Positions 9,578 to 17,991 of a DNA stretch of 64,000 nt are shown here, piece by piece (within the stretch, counting starts at the first letter, position 1; each line of letters starts with the position of its first letter). Made by a program: the position numbers and the translations under genes. The DNA lies in the IMG/VR virus record IMGVR_UViG_3300032312_001422, positions 192,001 through 256,000 of that record; one strand, given 5' to 3'. The stretch is from a virus. Taxonomy: Duplodnaviria > Caudoviricetes. The notes under the pieces are model-generated. The model searched no databases and had not been told where the DNA came from. It was given only the letters and a program-made list of their open reading frames with translations.

Positions 9578-10409
9578 ACCATTCTTTCATTTCGGCTGTG
9601 ACAAAATCTTTTTCAAAATAGTGTAACGGTTGTAGTTGGTTTACGTTGTTGATACGAATCATACCCGAATCGAACTCTGTAACCAATTGGTCAGTTACTG
9701 GTGTAGTTTCTTCTATACCATTGATTGCTGGCTTTAGATGTACAAAGTTTAAGAAATCCATGCTGGGCATTGTACAAGTTTCTTGACCAACCATAACAGC
9801 AGCCAGGGCGTACATCACATCTGTGCTGGGTTCAGTCTCAACACAATGTTTAAGACCTGCACGTACATACTCCCAATTCTGTTGTATATACTGTGCAGCA
9901 TCAAAGAACTGTTTGGCTTCTTGACTAAATCTAAAATACATCAAGCCGTTATACACGTCTGGCAAACGGTTTGCATCAAACAGTTCTCTATACCAGCGTA
10001 CAGTACTGTTGATACCTAAATAATTTTTGCATCCGTGGCTTAGACAAACGTTCTTTAATCTAAATGCTGTCCACCAATGATCAATTGATCGTGTAAACAG
10101 TAAGTCAGACTCTAGTTTAATAGTTTCTTTAAATGGTGTAAGTCGAAACACTTGCCATTCGTTCGCAAACTTTCTAGTACTGGCAGAGTCATTATGATCC
10201 ACGGGAAGATCAATAACATAATCAAAAACACGACGATGACGTTCATTTACTTTCTCCTGAGTAGCAGTATCAACAATGACTGCATATTTGTTTTGTGTTT
10301 GAGTTGCTTTGATATTCAATGCTTGTATATAGGCCAATTCAAGATAATCTATATCCTGTGTGTTTTGTGCAAAAGTTACAAAACCTTGTTGTTCTTTATG
10401 CTGTGACAT
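9558..10409 (-). CDS. Nucleotide-diphospho-sugar transferase-like protein (GT-A, GT8-like)
   Basis: GFVTFAQN...DYLELAY...TPFKETIKLESDLL...PDVYNGLMYF...STDVMYA; paralog of 10396..11184. Confidence 0.55.
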   Translation of the reverse strand: MSQHKEQQGFVTFAQNTQDIDYLELAYIQALNIKATQTQNKYAVIVDTATQEKVNERHRRVFDYVIDLPVDHNDSASTRKFANEWQVFRLTPFKETIKLESDLLFTRSIDHWWTAFRLKNVCLSHGCKNYLGINSTVRWYRELFDANRLPDVYNGLMYFRFSQEAKQFFDAAQYIQQNWEYVRAGLKHCVETEPSTDVMYALAAVMVGQETCTMPSMDFLNFVHLKPAINGIEETTPVTDQLVTEFDSGMIRINNVNQLQPLHYFEKDFVTAEMKEWYESRIA

Positions 10410-11184
10410 TGTTAATAAACTCTTTAAAATTATTGCTTTGTAAATATTGTTTGCTCATTACGTGCATGTTCATTCGTGGAACCACATAAGCAGTTTTCTG
10501 ATCTTTGATAATTACTCGATTGCCTTGCAATACAATTGATTCAATTGGTTGTAGTATGTTCAGCATGGGTCCTGGTATACTGACATCAGAAACAGCAAAC
10601 CCATTTAGTATTATGTCGGCCATGGCAAATGCATAATCGTTTCTGTAACTTCTACTTTCCGCATTAAACAATTCTCTGTAGTAGTGATAGTTGGCTTCAA
10701 TTCGTTGCACCAAGTCAAAAAATACCTTGGCACGACTGGTTTTTCTAAATGCAAAAACCGTGGCCCACACATAAGGTAAACTGTGAGCACCCATAACACC
10801 AGGTACATATTCATCATTTAAACTTCTGGCCGATCGTTGCAACAGGTAATCCCAGGGCAAATCAAATATTTTTAACAAGCCGGCATCTTGTACCACATAG
10901 TCCACATCAATAACCAAGGTTTCGTCATATGGGCTTAACTCATAACAGAGATTGCGACCAAAATTTTTCCATTCAACTGGTTGACCAAGATCCACATCAT
11001 GTCTGTAGTTATGCCAGTTTTTATCAGCCCTGTGATCTTCAGTGATGATGGTATAAGGTAAATCTAATACCCGAGCAGCCAATGCAACAGTTTGCTCAGC
11101 AATAGCCGTATAGTCTGTGGTTGCTGTGTTGATAGCAAACGCAACAATACCTCTAGATTTTTCTGATCTGTTTGAGTTCTGCAT
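10396..11184 (-). CDS. Nucleotide-diphospho-sugar transferase-like protein (GT-A, GT8-like)
   Basis: GIVAFAIN...SPYDETLVIDVDY (DxD)...VWATVFAF...YRNDYAFAMA. Confidence 0.6.
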   Translation of the reverse strand: MQNSNRSEKSRGIVAFAINTATTDYTAIAEQTVALAARVLDLPYTIITEDHRADKNWHNYRHDVDLGQPVEWKNFGRNLCYELSPYDETLVIDVDYVVQDAGLLKIFDLPWDYLLQRSARSLNDEYVPGVMGAHSLPYVWATVFAFRKTSRAKVFFDLVQRIEANYHYYRELFNAESRSYRNDYAFAMADIILNGFAVSDVSIPGPMLNILQPIESIVLQGNRVIIKDQKTAYVVPRMNMHVMSKQYLQSNNFKEFINNVTA

Positions 11185-11467
11185 GTTCTTGATGCCAGCG
11201 GTTCATTACTTTTTGATAGTGTTCTCTACACAAAGTCAACAATTCAATTCGATCAACTTCAATGGGATTGTGATATGTATCTTCAAGATAAACTGTGTTG
11301 TTGGGCCATGTGGTTAAAAAGCCAATCAACTCTGTGGTAACAAAAAACAAGCCACCGTTATAGGCAACGTGTAGGTCTGTTAGAATCTTTTCACGTAGGA
11401 TTTGTTTGTTGATTTGATAATCGGTGGCAAGACGCACTTGCTCAACAAGTTGATTGATATCTGACAT
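11153..11467 (-). CDS. Hypothetical protein (104 aa), first gene of the accessory operon
   Basis: Lies directly downstream of the sigma70-type promoter and overlaps the next gene by 32 nt. Confidence 0.75.
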   Translation of the reverse strand: MSDINQLVEQVRLATDYQINKQILREKILTDLHVAYNGGLFFVTTELIGFLTTWPNNTVYLEDTYHNPIEVDRIELLTLCREHYQKVMNRWHQEHAELKQIRKI

Positions 11468-11480
11468 AGTTAAAATAGAT

Positions 11481-11518
11481 AGAATAAAGGCATAGTATAG
11501 TTTACACTAACTATGCCT
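11481..11518 (-). terminator. Intrinsic terminator after the tail fibre operon
   Basis: Minus strand AGGCATAGT-TAGT-GTAA-ACTA-T-ACTATGCCT followed by TTATTCT; GNRA loop. Confidence 0.65.
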
Positions 11519-11527
11519 GGTTGTCAA
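11499..11527 (-). promoter_or_regulatory. Sigma70-type promoter TTGACA-N17-TAAACT for the accessory operon
   Basis: Minus strand reads TTGACA accaggcatagttagtg TAAACT: perfect -35, 17-nt spacer, about 30 nt upstream of the ATG at 11467. Confidence 0.75.
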
Positions 11528-11544
11528 CTGGGTTAACTAGAAAA

Positions 11545-12540
11545 TTAAATCGAACTAATAGTTACCGCACCCCAGGTATTGCTTAGATTTGTGGTTGACG
11601 GGAAGCTGACATCAACTGTTCTGATCACGTTGACACCAAATGAGTCGTCAAAACTAAAAGTGCCATTGTCGCCACCGGAAAATGTTTGTATAACAGTCCA
11701 AAAATCCACGTTGATACCGTTACCGTTGTTGCTGCCTTGGCTGCCATTGGGGTTTACATAAACATAAATCTTATTTGATGTATAGTTGGCTGTGGTACCG
11801 GTAATATCAATAATGGTATTATTGGAATCGAATGTACTGGTCCAATATCCAGGAGCGGTACTGTTGGTGACCACTGTACCAGACGATCCGGTCCGACCAC
11901 CGTTGGTATTGGCACCAAATGTGGCTACGCCGCCTGCAAATCCTAATAAACTAATAATTGAATTGGTACGACTAGTGGTACTGGAATTTTGTGTTCCACT
12001 TAGATTTAATTTTAGACGTCCGCCAGCATTGAAGAAATAACGAGCTTGGTCAGCACTGGCAAAGGTGCATCTGGTACCAAATGCTCTGGTCACACTGGTC
12101 ACACTGGATCCACCAGCGGGTGGATTTGAGCCGGGTGGAGATACGGTCACGTTCCAGGCCGTGCTTAAACTGCCGCCCACTGCTGTGGCCACTGCCAAAT
12201 TTGAGGCAAATGATAATCTTGAGGTGTATGCAGCAGCAATTATTGTGGTTAGATTGCTCAAAAAATCAACTTTATTACCGGATACCACTGGGAGAATTTC
12301 TGATACAGATCCGGTTTGATGTGCTCTGGCGCTGTTTAGATTGTTGATCAAAGTGGCCCATTGTGTGGCTGTGATTGTGTTGGTAGCAGCAACTTGACTT
12401 ATAGCAGTCTGCCCATATCCAGCACTTCCAGAACCGACAGCCCATACAGTATTGATACGGTTGGTGGTGCTACCGGGACTGGTACCTATTAGATTATTAT
12501 AATCTGAAGCATCAATTTTATCGCCTTGTGCATAACTCAT
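11545..12540 (-). CDS. Virion structural protein (tail/baseplate-associated)
   Basis: Thr/Ser/Gly/Asn-rich 331 aa protein at the end of the fibre operon; RYFFNAGG motif. Confidence 0.6.
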   Translation of the reverse strand: MSYAQGDKIDASDYNNLIGTSPGSTTNRINTVWAVGSGSAGYGQTAISQVAATNTITATQWATLINNLNSARAHQTGSVSEILPVVSGNKVDFLSNLTTIIAAAYTSRLSFASNLAVATAVGGSLSTAWNVTVSPPGSNPPAGGSSVTSVTRAFGTRCTFASADQARYFFNAGGRLKLNLSGTQNSSTTSRTNSIISLLGFAGGVATFGANTNGGRTGSSGTVVTNSTAPGYWTSTFDSNNTIIDITGTTANYTSNKIYVYVNPNGSQGSNNGNGINVDFWTVIQTFSGGDNGTFSFDDSFGVNVIRTVDVSFPSTTNLSNTWGAVTISSI

Positions 12541-12592
12541 AATTTATTTCCTGTTTATATTACTTATCTTTTTGTAATGTTTTAGTTAAAAT

Positions 12593-14596
12593 TTAACCAA
12601 TTCTGGGAAGACCTGCATTTACTCTTAAAACATTAATTTCATCACGTAACTGTTTGATAGCTTCAATGAACAACGGAGCAAAACGCTCGTACTGTACAGT
12701 CAAGTACTGGTCGTCGATTGGAGCTCGCTTGACAATTTCGGGGGCTACTCGTTGTGTGCTTTGGGCACTGACACCCATTTCACGTTGAACTGTGTATCCT
12801 AGTGCTTGTGCAGTTTCATTGGGGTTATAGTAAAAACCCTCTAAACTGCATACCTTGGACAGAGCGTCTTCAATTCGACTCAGACGTGTTTTTAATCTGT
12901 CGTCTGAGAAGTAAGCGATAACGTTGTTGGTAGCACGAATTTCACCGGCAGTTCCTGATGCTGCTGTACCAACTCCTAAACTGTTAACTTGGAAGTTAGA
13001 GCCAGTGTGTAAGTTTTGTGGAGCACTCAAGGTAATATTTCCTGATGCTGCACTGGTAGTAATTTGGTTGGCTGTTCCTGTAACACTTGATACCAAAGTT
13101 TGACTATAAGTACCACCTAGAGCTACACTAATTCCGTTGATAACAATACCGCTGTTGATCAAAGCACCATTTGGAATGCTATTGAAGTTTGTGCCACGTA
13201 GTGTTGGACTAGAATTAATTTCAACGTTTTGATTCAGTGTCCAGGCCGCTGTGGTTGTTAGGCTACCACCTAAAGTAATTGTTCTTACACCATTGTTAAC
13301 ACCTGTACCACCGTATTGTGGTTGTACTGTGGTGGCACTCCAGGTACCAGTAGTAATATTAGCCACGCTGACCAAAGCAGATGCTGTGGTAACGTTGGGT
13401 TGGCTAGCTGTAGTCAATGTGCCTGTTAAAAGTGCTCCAGTATTGCCAATAGTACCTGCTTGTACAGTACTGGCAATAATGGTGCCATTGGACGTCAGTG
13501 CCGCTGTTGTGGTCAGAGCCGATGCTGTTAATGTGGTAAATGCTCCTGTGCTAGGTACAGCATTACCAATTGGTGTGCTGTTAATAGAACTGAAGTTGGC
13601 AGGATCGCCAATTCTGGCAATAGGACTGCCATTGAGTATGGCACTTGCAGCAGTTATGGCCACGTTGCCATTGACATTGAGTGCAGTAAGTGTACCAAGT
13701 CCAGTTACGTTAGGCTGACTGGCAGTTAATAGTGTGCCTGTGTATCCACTTGACGCACTGATACCGGCAGCACGAATAGTGGTTGCTTCTACTAGATCAG
13801 CTGTGACGTTACCGGCAATATTTCCATTGAATGAAGTTGTTGCAATAACAGTTGGCGAAGTGATAAAGTTGGTACCAGTCAATATTGTACCTGTAATTCC
13901 ACTACCGGTGATACCTGCAGATGAGTCGCGTTGAACCAAGGTACTGGCCGTAGCATTGATATCTTGGGTACTTAATACCATGGTTGGACTGGCAATGGTA
14001 CTAAAATTAATACCGGCTTTGACTGTGCTAAATCCAGCTAACGCACTAGGGAAAGTGTCTTTGCTGACGATCATATAAGGAACACCAGCAATTCTAATCT
14101 GTGTGACAATGTGACTACCGCCCAGGGTATCTGTCATCACACTTGGGAAAGCACCAGTGTCGCCTGTAATTGGTGTTGCTGCTGGACCCACTGTGACCCA
14201 GTTAGATCCAGAGTATATTTTTAACTGTTGATTGGTGCTGTCAAACCATAGGTCCCCACCTAGAGCACTTAGATCTCCGGGCGGGCTACTAAATGGAGCA
14301 CTGGTGGCACCTGTTGAAATTTTCCAGCTTGTACCAGAATACACACGTAAAATATTGTTGGTTGTGTCCCACCAAAGCTGTCCGGCTAAGGGATTGGGTG
14401 GGCCTGATGTAGCACCCGAATTTGGGCTGGCAAAATTTTCTAGTAGGTGTACTAGATTTTCGTTTAGTATTTCGCCGTAACCAGCATAGTTTTTACCAAT
14501 CAGAGTTAAACTGGTAGCACTGGTATCTACAGCGCCGTCAGAAAGACCGCCTGCGATTATTTCTGTGCCATTGGTTAAATTAATTGTGTATGCCAT
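12593..14596 (-). CDS. Tail fibre protein with C-terminal intramolecular chaperone (peptidase S74-like)
   Basis: C-terminal FSDDRLKT...GVSAQ...PEIV...YLTVQYERFAPLFIEAIKQL; N-terminal module shared with 14624 and 17992. Confidence 0.8.
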   Translation of the reverse strand: MAYTINLTNGTEIIAGGLSDGAVDTSATSLTLIGKNYAGYGEILNENLVHLLENFASPNSGATSGPPNPLAGQLWWDTTNNILRVYSGTSWKISTGATSAPFSSPPGDLSALGGDLWFDSTNQQLKIYSGSNWVTVGPAATPITGDTGAFPSVMTDTLGGSHIVTQIRIAGVPYMIVSKDTFPSALAGFSTVKAGINFSTIASPTMVLSTQDINATASTLVQRDSSAGITGSGITGTILTGTNFITSPTVIATTSFNGNIAGNVTADLVEATTIRAAGISASSGYTGTLLTASQPNVTGLGTLTALNVNGNVAITAASAILNGSPIARIGDPANFSSINSTPIGNAVPSTGAFTTLTASALTTTAALTSNGTIIASTVQAGTIGNTGALLTGTLTTASQPNVTTASALVSVANITTGTWSATTVQPQYGGTGVNNGVRTITLGGSLTTTAAWTLNQNVEINSSPTLRGTNFNSIPNGALINSGIVINGISVALGGTYSQTLVSSVTGTANQITTSAASGNITLSAPQNLHTGSNFQVNSLGVGTAASGTAGEIRATNNVIAYFSDDRLKTRLSRIEDALSKVCSLEGFYYNPNETAQALGYTVQREMGVSAQSTQRVAPEIVKRAPIDDQYLTVQYERFAPLFIEAIKQLRDEINVLRVNAGLPRIG

Positions 14597-14623
14597 GTTT
14601 TTTCGCTTTGATTATCTTAATAT

Positions 14624-16600
14624 TTAGTACATTTTTTGTATGTAACATAGAGCGTAATAAGGCGGACGATTTTCGTGCGGTTGTGTACTTCCGCTTGCGC
14701 CGCCTGCACTTTGAGTATTTCCACTCAAAGTCAATGAATGTGTGTGATCTATAACTGATGCAATAGTAACGCTAATTCCAGTAAATACTGTAGTCGTAGC
14801 TTCAGTACCACCAATTTTATTAACGCCAGTTCCTCCTTGTGATGCAGATAAACCTGCAACGTAAGGAAGGGTGTGAAAATGCCCGGGGTCAGTTACAGAA
14901 GTGGTATGTGTGTGCGATCCAGCTGAGCCTGTGGTTAATGAGCCAGTCAATTCATGTGTATGTATTGGCATGGTATTGGCGCTGAGTGTTACTGAAGAGG
15001 CGCCACCTGTGTCGCCTGGCGTGTATGATCCGCCGGCGCCAACAACAAACTGTCCACGTAGGTCTGGAGTTCCATTTGAACCGTTACACAGTTGCCAACC
15101 TGCAGGTATACTGGCTGCTGTGCTGTTCCACATTACAATTATACCTGTGGGCAAAACAGCATGTACAAATGCTGTAGTTGCTACGGCTGTAGTATTATCA
15201 TTGGCAGTTTTTGTTGTGGCTACTGAGGTAATCAAGTTGGCCGATGTAAATGTGTTATTAATACCTGTTACGCCCGACACATTGCCGCCAGAAACCAAAA
15301 TATTTGCACTACTAAAATTAGTTGCTTGGCCAATATTGCCACTGTATGCAGTCAGTCCCGTGGCACTTCCGCCCGTAACTAGGATATTATCTGAACTAAA
15401 GTTGGTTGCTTGTGCTGTTGTGGCTGAAAAATTAGTTAATCCAGTTGCACTACCGCCAGAGACCAAAATATTGCTTGAGCTAAAGTTTGTGCTTTGACCA
15501 TATGCAGTTGAAAAATTAGTTAATCCAGTTGCACTACCACCAGTGACACGTATATTACCACTACTAAAGTTTGTGCTTTGACCCACCAAGGTTGAAAAGT
15601 TAAGCAGTCCTGTGACTGTACCGCCAACGACTAAAACATTGCTTGAGCTAAAGTTGGTTGCTTGACCTGTTGTACTGGACAATGTTGCTATGGTGCCAAC
15701 TGCGGCTGATACGTTGGCTAAATTTTGTATGTATCCACCATATATGGCAACGTTACTACTACTAAAGTTTGTAGAGTGTGTAACTGTTGCAGAAAGATTA
15801 CCAGTCAGGTTGCCTGTCAATGTTGTAGCCACTACGTTACCAGTCAGGTTGCCGACTACGTTGCCGGTTAATGTGCCACTCAATGTTGTGGCCACTACGT
15901 TTCCGTGTACTGTGCCTTGCAGTTGTCGATTGACAATATCTACCATAACCAAACCGCCTGCACCAGAACTGGTTATAACATTGGCATTGACGGTGGGATT
16001 ATTTACATTACTACTAAATGTGATACCAGGATTAACAAAACTAAAACCCGGAATAGCCGGAGTTGGCAAGAATGCAGCATCTGTACTCATAGTGGCATAG
16101 GTCACGTTGCCATACTGTAGTTTTAAAATATTATGATATGTGCCACTGATACTGCCGTCTTCTACAGTGATTGGGACTGCACCGCTGACGCCTTGTTGTT
16201 TGGTATAGGCCGGGCCTACAATTTTAAAACCAGCAGTTCCGCTAGTATCGTACACATACATTTGCTCAGTAGATTGATTAAACCAGATGTCACCATTTTT
16301 ACCTAATGATGGTTGACTTCCTGAGTTAGTGACACCCGAAACTGCCACATAACCTTGTGGTGTGAAAACTTTTAGAATCTGTGCATTCTTATCGTACCAT
16401 AACTGTCCCTGCAAATTGACCGAACTTGGGGCTGTGTTGCTGGCAAAATTTTCTAGTAAACCCACTAGATTTTCATTCAAGTATTCTCCATATCCAACAA
16501 AATTTGGGCCAGCTAGACTTAAACTAGTAGTGGTATCCCTAGTTCCGTCGGCAATTGTGGTTAATACCGTTCCGTCTGTTTTGTTAATTTGATATGGCAT
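14624..16600 (-). CDS. Tail fibre protein with tail-collar domain and 28-aa tandem repeats
   Basis: LPTGIIVMW...IPAGWQLCNGSNGTPDLRGQFVVGAG...HENRPPYYALCYIQK is the collar-type C-terminus. Confidence 0.8.
   Translation of the reverse strand: MPYQINKTDGTVLTTIADGTRDTTTSLSLAGPNFVGYGEYLNENLVGLLENFASNTAPSSVNLQGQLWYDKNAQILKVFTPQGYVAVSGVTNSGSQPSLGKNGDIWFNQSTEQMYVYDTSGTAGFKIVGPAYTKQQGVSGAVPITVEDGSISGTYHNILKLQYGNVTYATMSTDAAFLPTPAIPGFSFVNPGITFSSNVNNPTVNANVITSSGAGGLVMVDIVNRQLQGTVHGNVVATTLSGTLTGNVVGNLTGNVVATTLTGNLTGNLSATVTHSTNFSSSNVAIYGGYIQNLANVSAAVGTIATLSSTTGQATNFSSSNVLVVGGTVTGLLNFSTLVGQSTNFSSGNIRVTGGSATGLTNFSTAYGQSTNFSSSNILVSGGSATGLTNFSATTAQATNFSSDNILVTGGSATGLTAYSGNIGQATNFSSANILVSGGNVSGVTGINNTFTSANLITSVATTKTANDNTTAVATTAFVHAVLPTGIIVMWNSTAASIPAGWQLCNGSNGTPDLRGQFVVGAGGSYTPGDTGGASSVTLSANTMPIHTHELTGSLTTGSAGSHTHTTSVTDPGHFHTLPYVAGLSASQGGTGVNKIGGTEATTTVFTGISVTIASVIDHTHSLTLSGNTQSAGGASGSTQPHENRPPYYALCYIQKMY
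15265..15772 (-). repeat. Intragenic 84-bp tandem repeat (TNFSSxNIxVxGGxxTGLTNFSxxxxQx)
   Basis: TNFS-coding units start at 15658, 15574, 15490, 15406 and 15322 (exact 84-bp period), with a diverged copy at 15772. Confidence 0.9.
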
Positions 16601-16626
16601 ATTGTAATTTCTTCATTATATTAACT

Positions 16627-16634
16627 TATTTATC
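16627..16634 (-). promoter_or_regulatory. T4-type late promoter (GATAAATA)
   Basis: Intergenic NNTAAATA motif 27 nt upstream of the ATG at 16600. Confidence 0.6.
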
Positions 16635-16641
16635 GCTAATA

Positions 16642-17988
16642 TCATCCTAATGCTGTTAGCGATCCGCTAGAAGTAAAAACATGTGTGGTTATTCCGCTGT
16701 TATAAGTAATTGCACCGCCAGTAAATGCCGCAGCGCCAAGGTATTGTACTACTACAATGCCATCACCACCACGTCCGCCTGATGTTTGACCCCCGTGCAA
16801 ACCGCCGCCCCCACCACCTCCAGTATTGGCCTGTGCGGCACCGCCATTTCCGTTGCCCCCACCACCCGGTCCGCCTGGGCCGCCTGGGCCACTGCCGTCA
16901 GGTCCTTGATTTCCGTAACCGCCACCACCTCCGCCACCTACACTAAATCCTAATAAAGTAATGCCGGGTCCACCTGCACCGCCTGCATTTCCGTTACTTT
17001 GTTGTCCTGCTCCAGCAAATCCGCCACCACCACCGCCGCCAGCTTGGCCTTCACCTTGCCATATGCCTGTGCCGCCTTCGTATCCCTGTCCTGGATATCC
17101 TGCGCCACCACCTTTGGTATAAACGTATCCACAGCCGCCGCCGCCACTGCCGCCTGATCCGGCTGTTTGTTCAGGAGTACCCCAACCACCATTACCACCA
17201 CCTAGTGCAGTGATACCGCCTTCTACAATGACAGTAGGGTAATTGATTGGTGCTCTAGTGTCCCAAACCACTGTGCCTTGTGGATTGTAAAGTGCAGCTG
17301 CAAACATGGCTGGACCACCGTAGTTTGTTGATGTGCAAACTATGGTATGTGTACCTGCCGACAAGGTCACTCGATAATCATTGTAGGATCCCCAGTCGCC
17401 ATTTGACCCAACTGCGTTGCCATCAATGCTGACATCTATAGCATTGTCGGCACTGACTCGTAAAGTATAGTCTTGACCTATCTGTAGTTGTGTGGTGTAG
17501 GTGGCTGAGACTGTACTAGGGGCAGCTCCGCTCATTCCCGGATGAGTCCATACACCATAGGTATTTAAAAATCCATTGTAAACTGGATATGTACCTGCAT
17601 ACACCGCTGGAGATACTGTATTGGTTAAAGTAATTCCACCGGTGCCAAACAGCGAAAATGTACCCGATTCATTTGCACCACCACCGGTGCCAACTTTGAT
17701 TGTGTAGTTGTTGCCAGATAATACAGATAAAGTTTGATTTTCTTTGAGTACCACGCCGCCAGCGCCACCACCACCACCACCTTCGTATCCATAACCAACT
17801 CCACCACCACCTCCGCCACCTACTACCAAAATAGTAGCAACAACGTCGCTGGGATAGAACTGTTGCCAGACTCCGTCTCGTTTAACAAAACCCTTTTGTA
17901 CGGATTTCCAAGCGCCACCATCTTTATACGACGGGGCAATTACTCGTTTCCATATACCATTGATTTTTTGAAAGATTCCTCTTGCCAT
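16642..17988 (-). CDS. Glycine-rich virion protein with an inserted beta-sandwich (putative carbohydrate-binding) domain
   Basis: GGGGGGG blocks and GGNGGWG...GSGGSGGG motifs flank a non-Gly domain (SADNAIDVSIDG...HTIVCTSTNYGGPA). Confidence 0.65.
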   Translation of the reverse strand: MARGIFQKINGIWKRVIAPSYKDGGAWKSVQKGFVKRDGVWQQFYPSDVVATILVVGGGGGGGVGYGYEGGGGGGAGGVVLKENQTLSVLSGNNYTIKVGTGGGANESGTFSLFGTGGITLTNTVSPAVYAGTYPVYNGFLNTYGVWTHPGMSGAAPSTVSATYTTQLQIGQDYTLRVSADNAIDVSIDGNAVGSNGDWGSYNDYRVTLSAGTHTIVCTSTNYGGPAMFAAALYNPQGTVVWDTRAPINYPTVIVEGGITALGGGNGGWGTPEQTAGSGGSGGGGCGYVYTKGGGAGYPGQGYEGGTGIWQGEGQAGGGGGGGFAGAGQQSNGNAGGAGGPGITLLGFSVGGGGGGGYGNQGPDGSGPGGPGGPGGGGNGNGGAAQANTGGGGGGGLHGGQTSGGRGGDGIVVVQYLGAAAFTGGAITYNSGITTHVFTSSGSLTALG

Positions 17989-17991
17989 AGT

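Noticed and set aside
13251-16100. Long plus-strand ORFs (13251, 14901, 15690 and others) within the fibre genes
   Set aside because: These Val/Pro/Ala-rich antisense frames arise from the codon bias of Thr/Gly/Asn-rich genes and have no RBS or motifs. The same applies to 39603..40205, 47092..47559 and 54772..55164.
16740-17220. GC-rich GGN/CCN runs as a repeat element or foreign DNA
   Set aside because: They are fully explained by poly-glycine coding.
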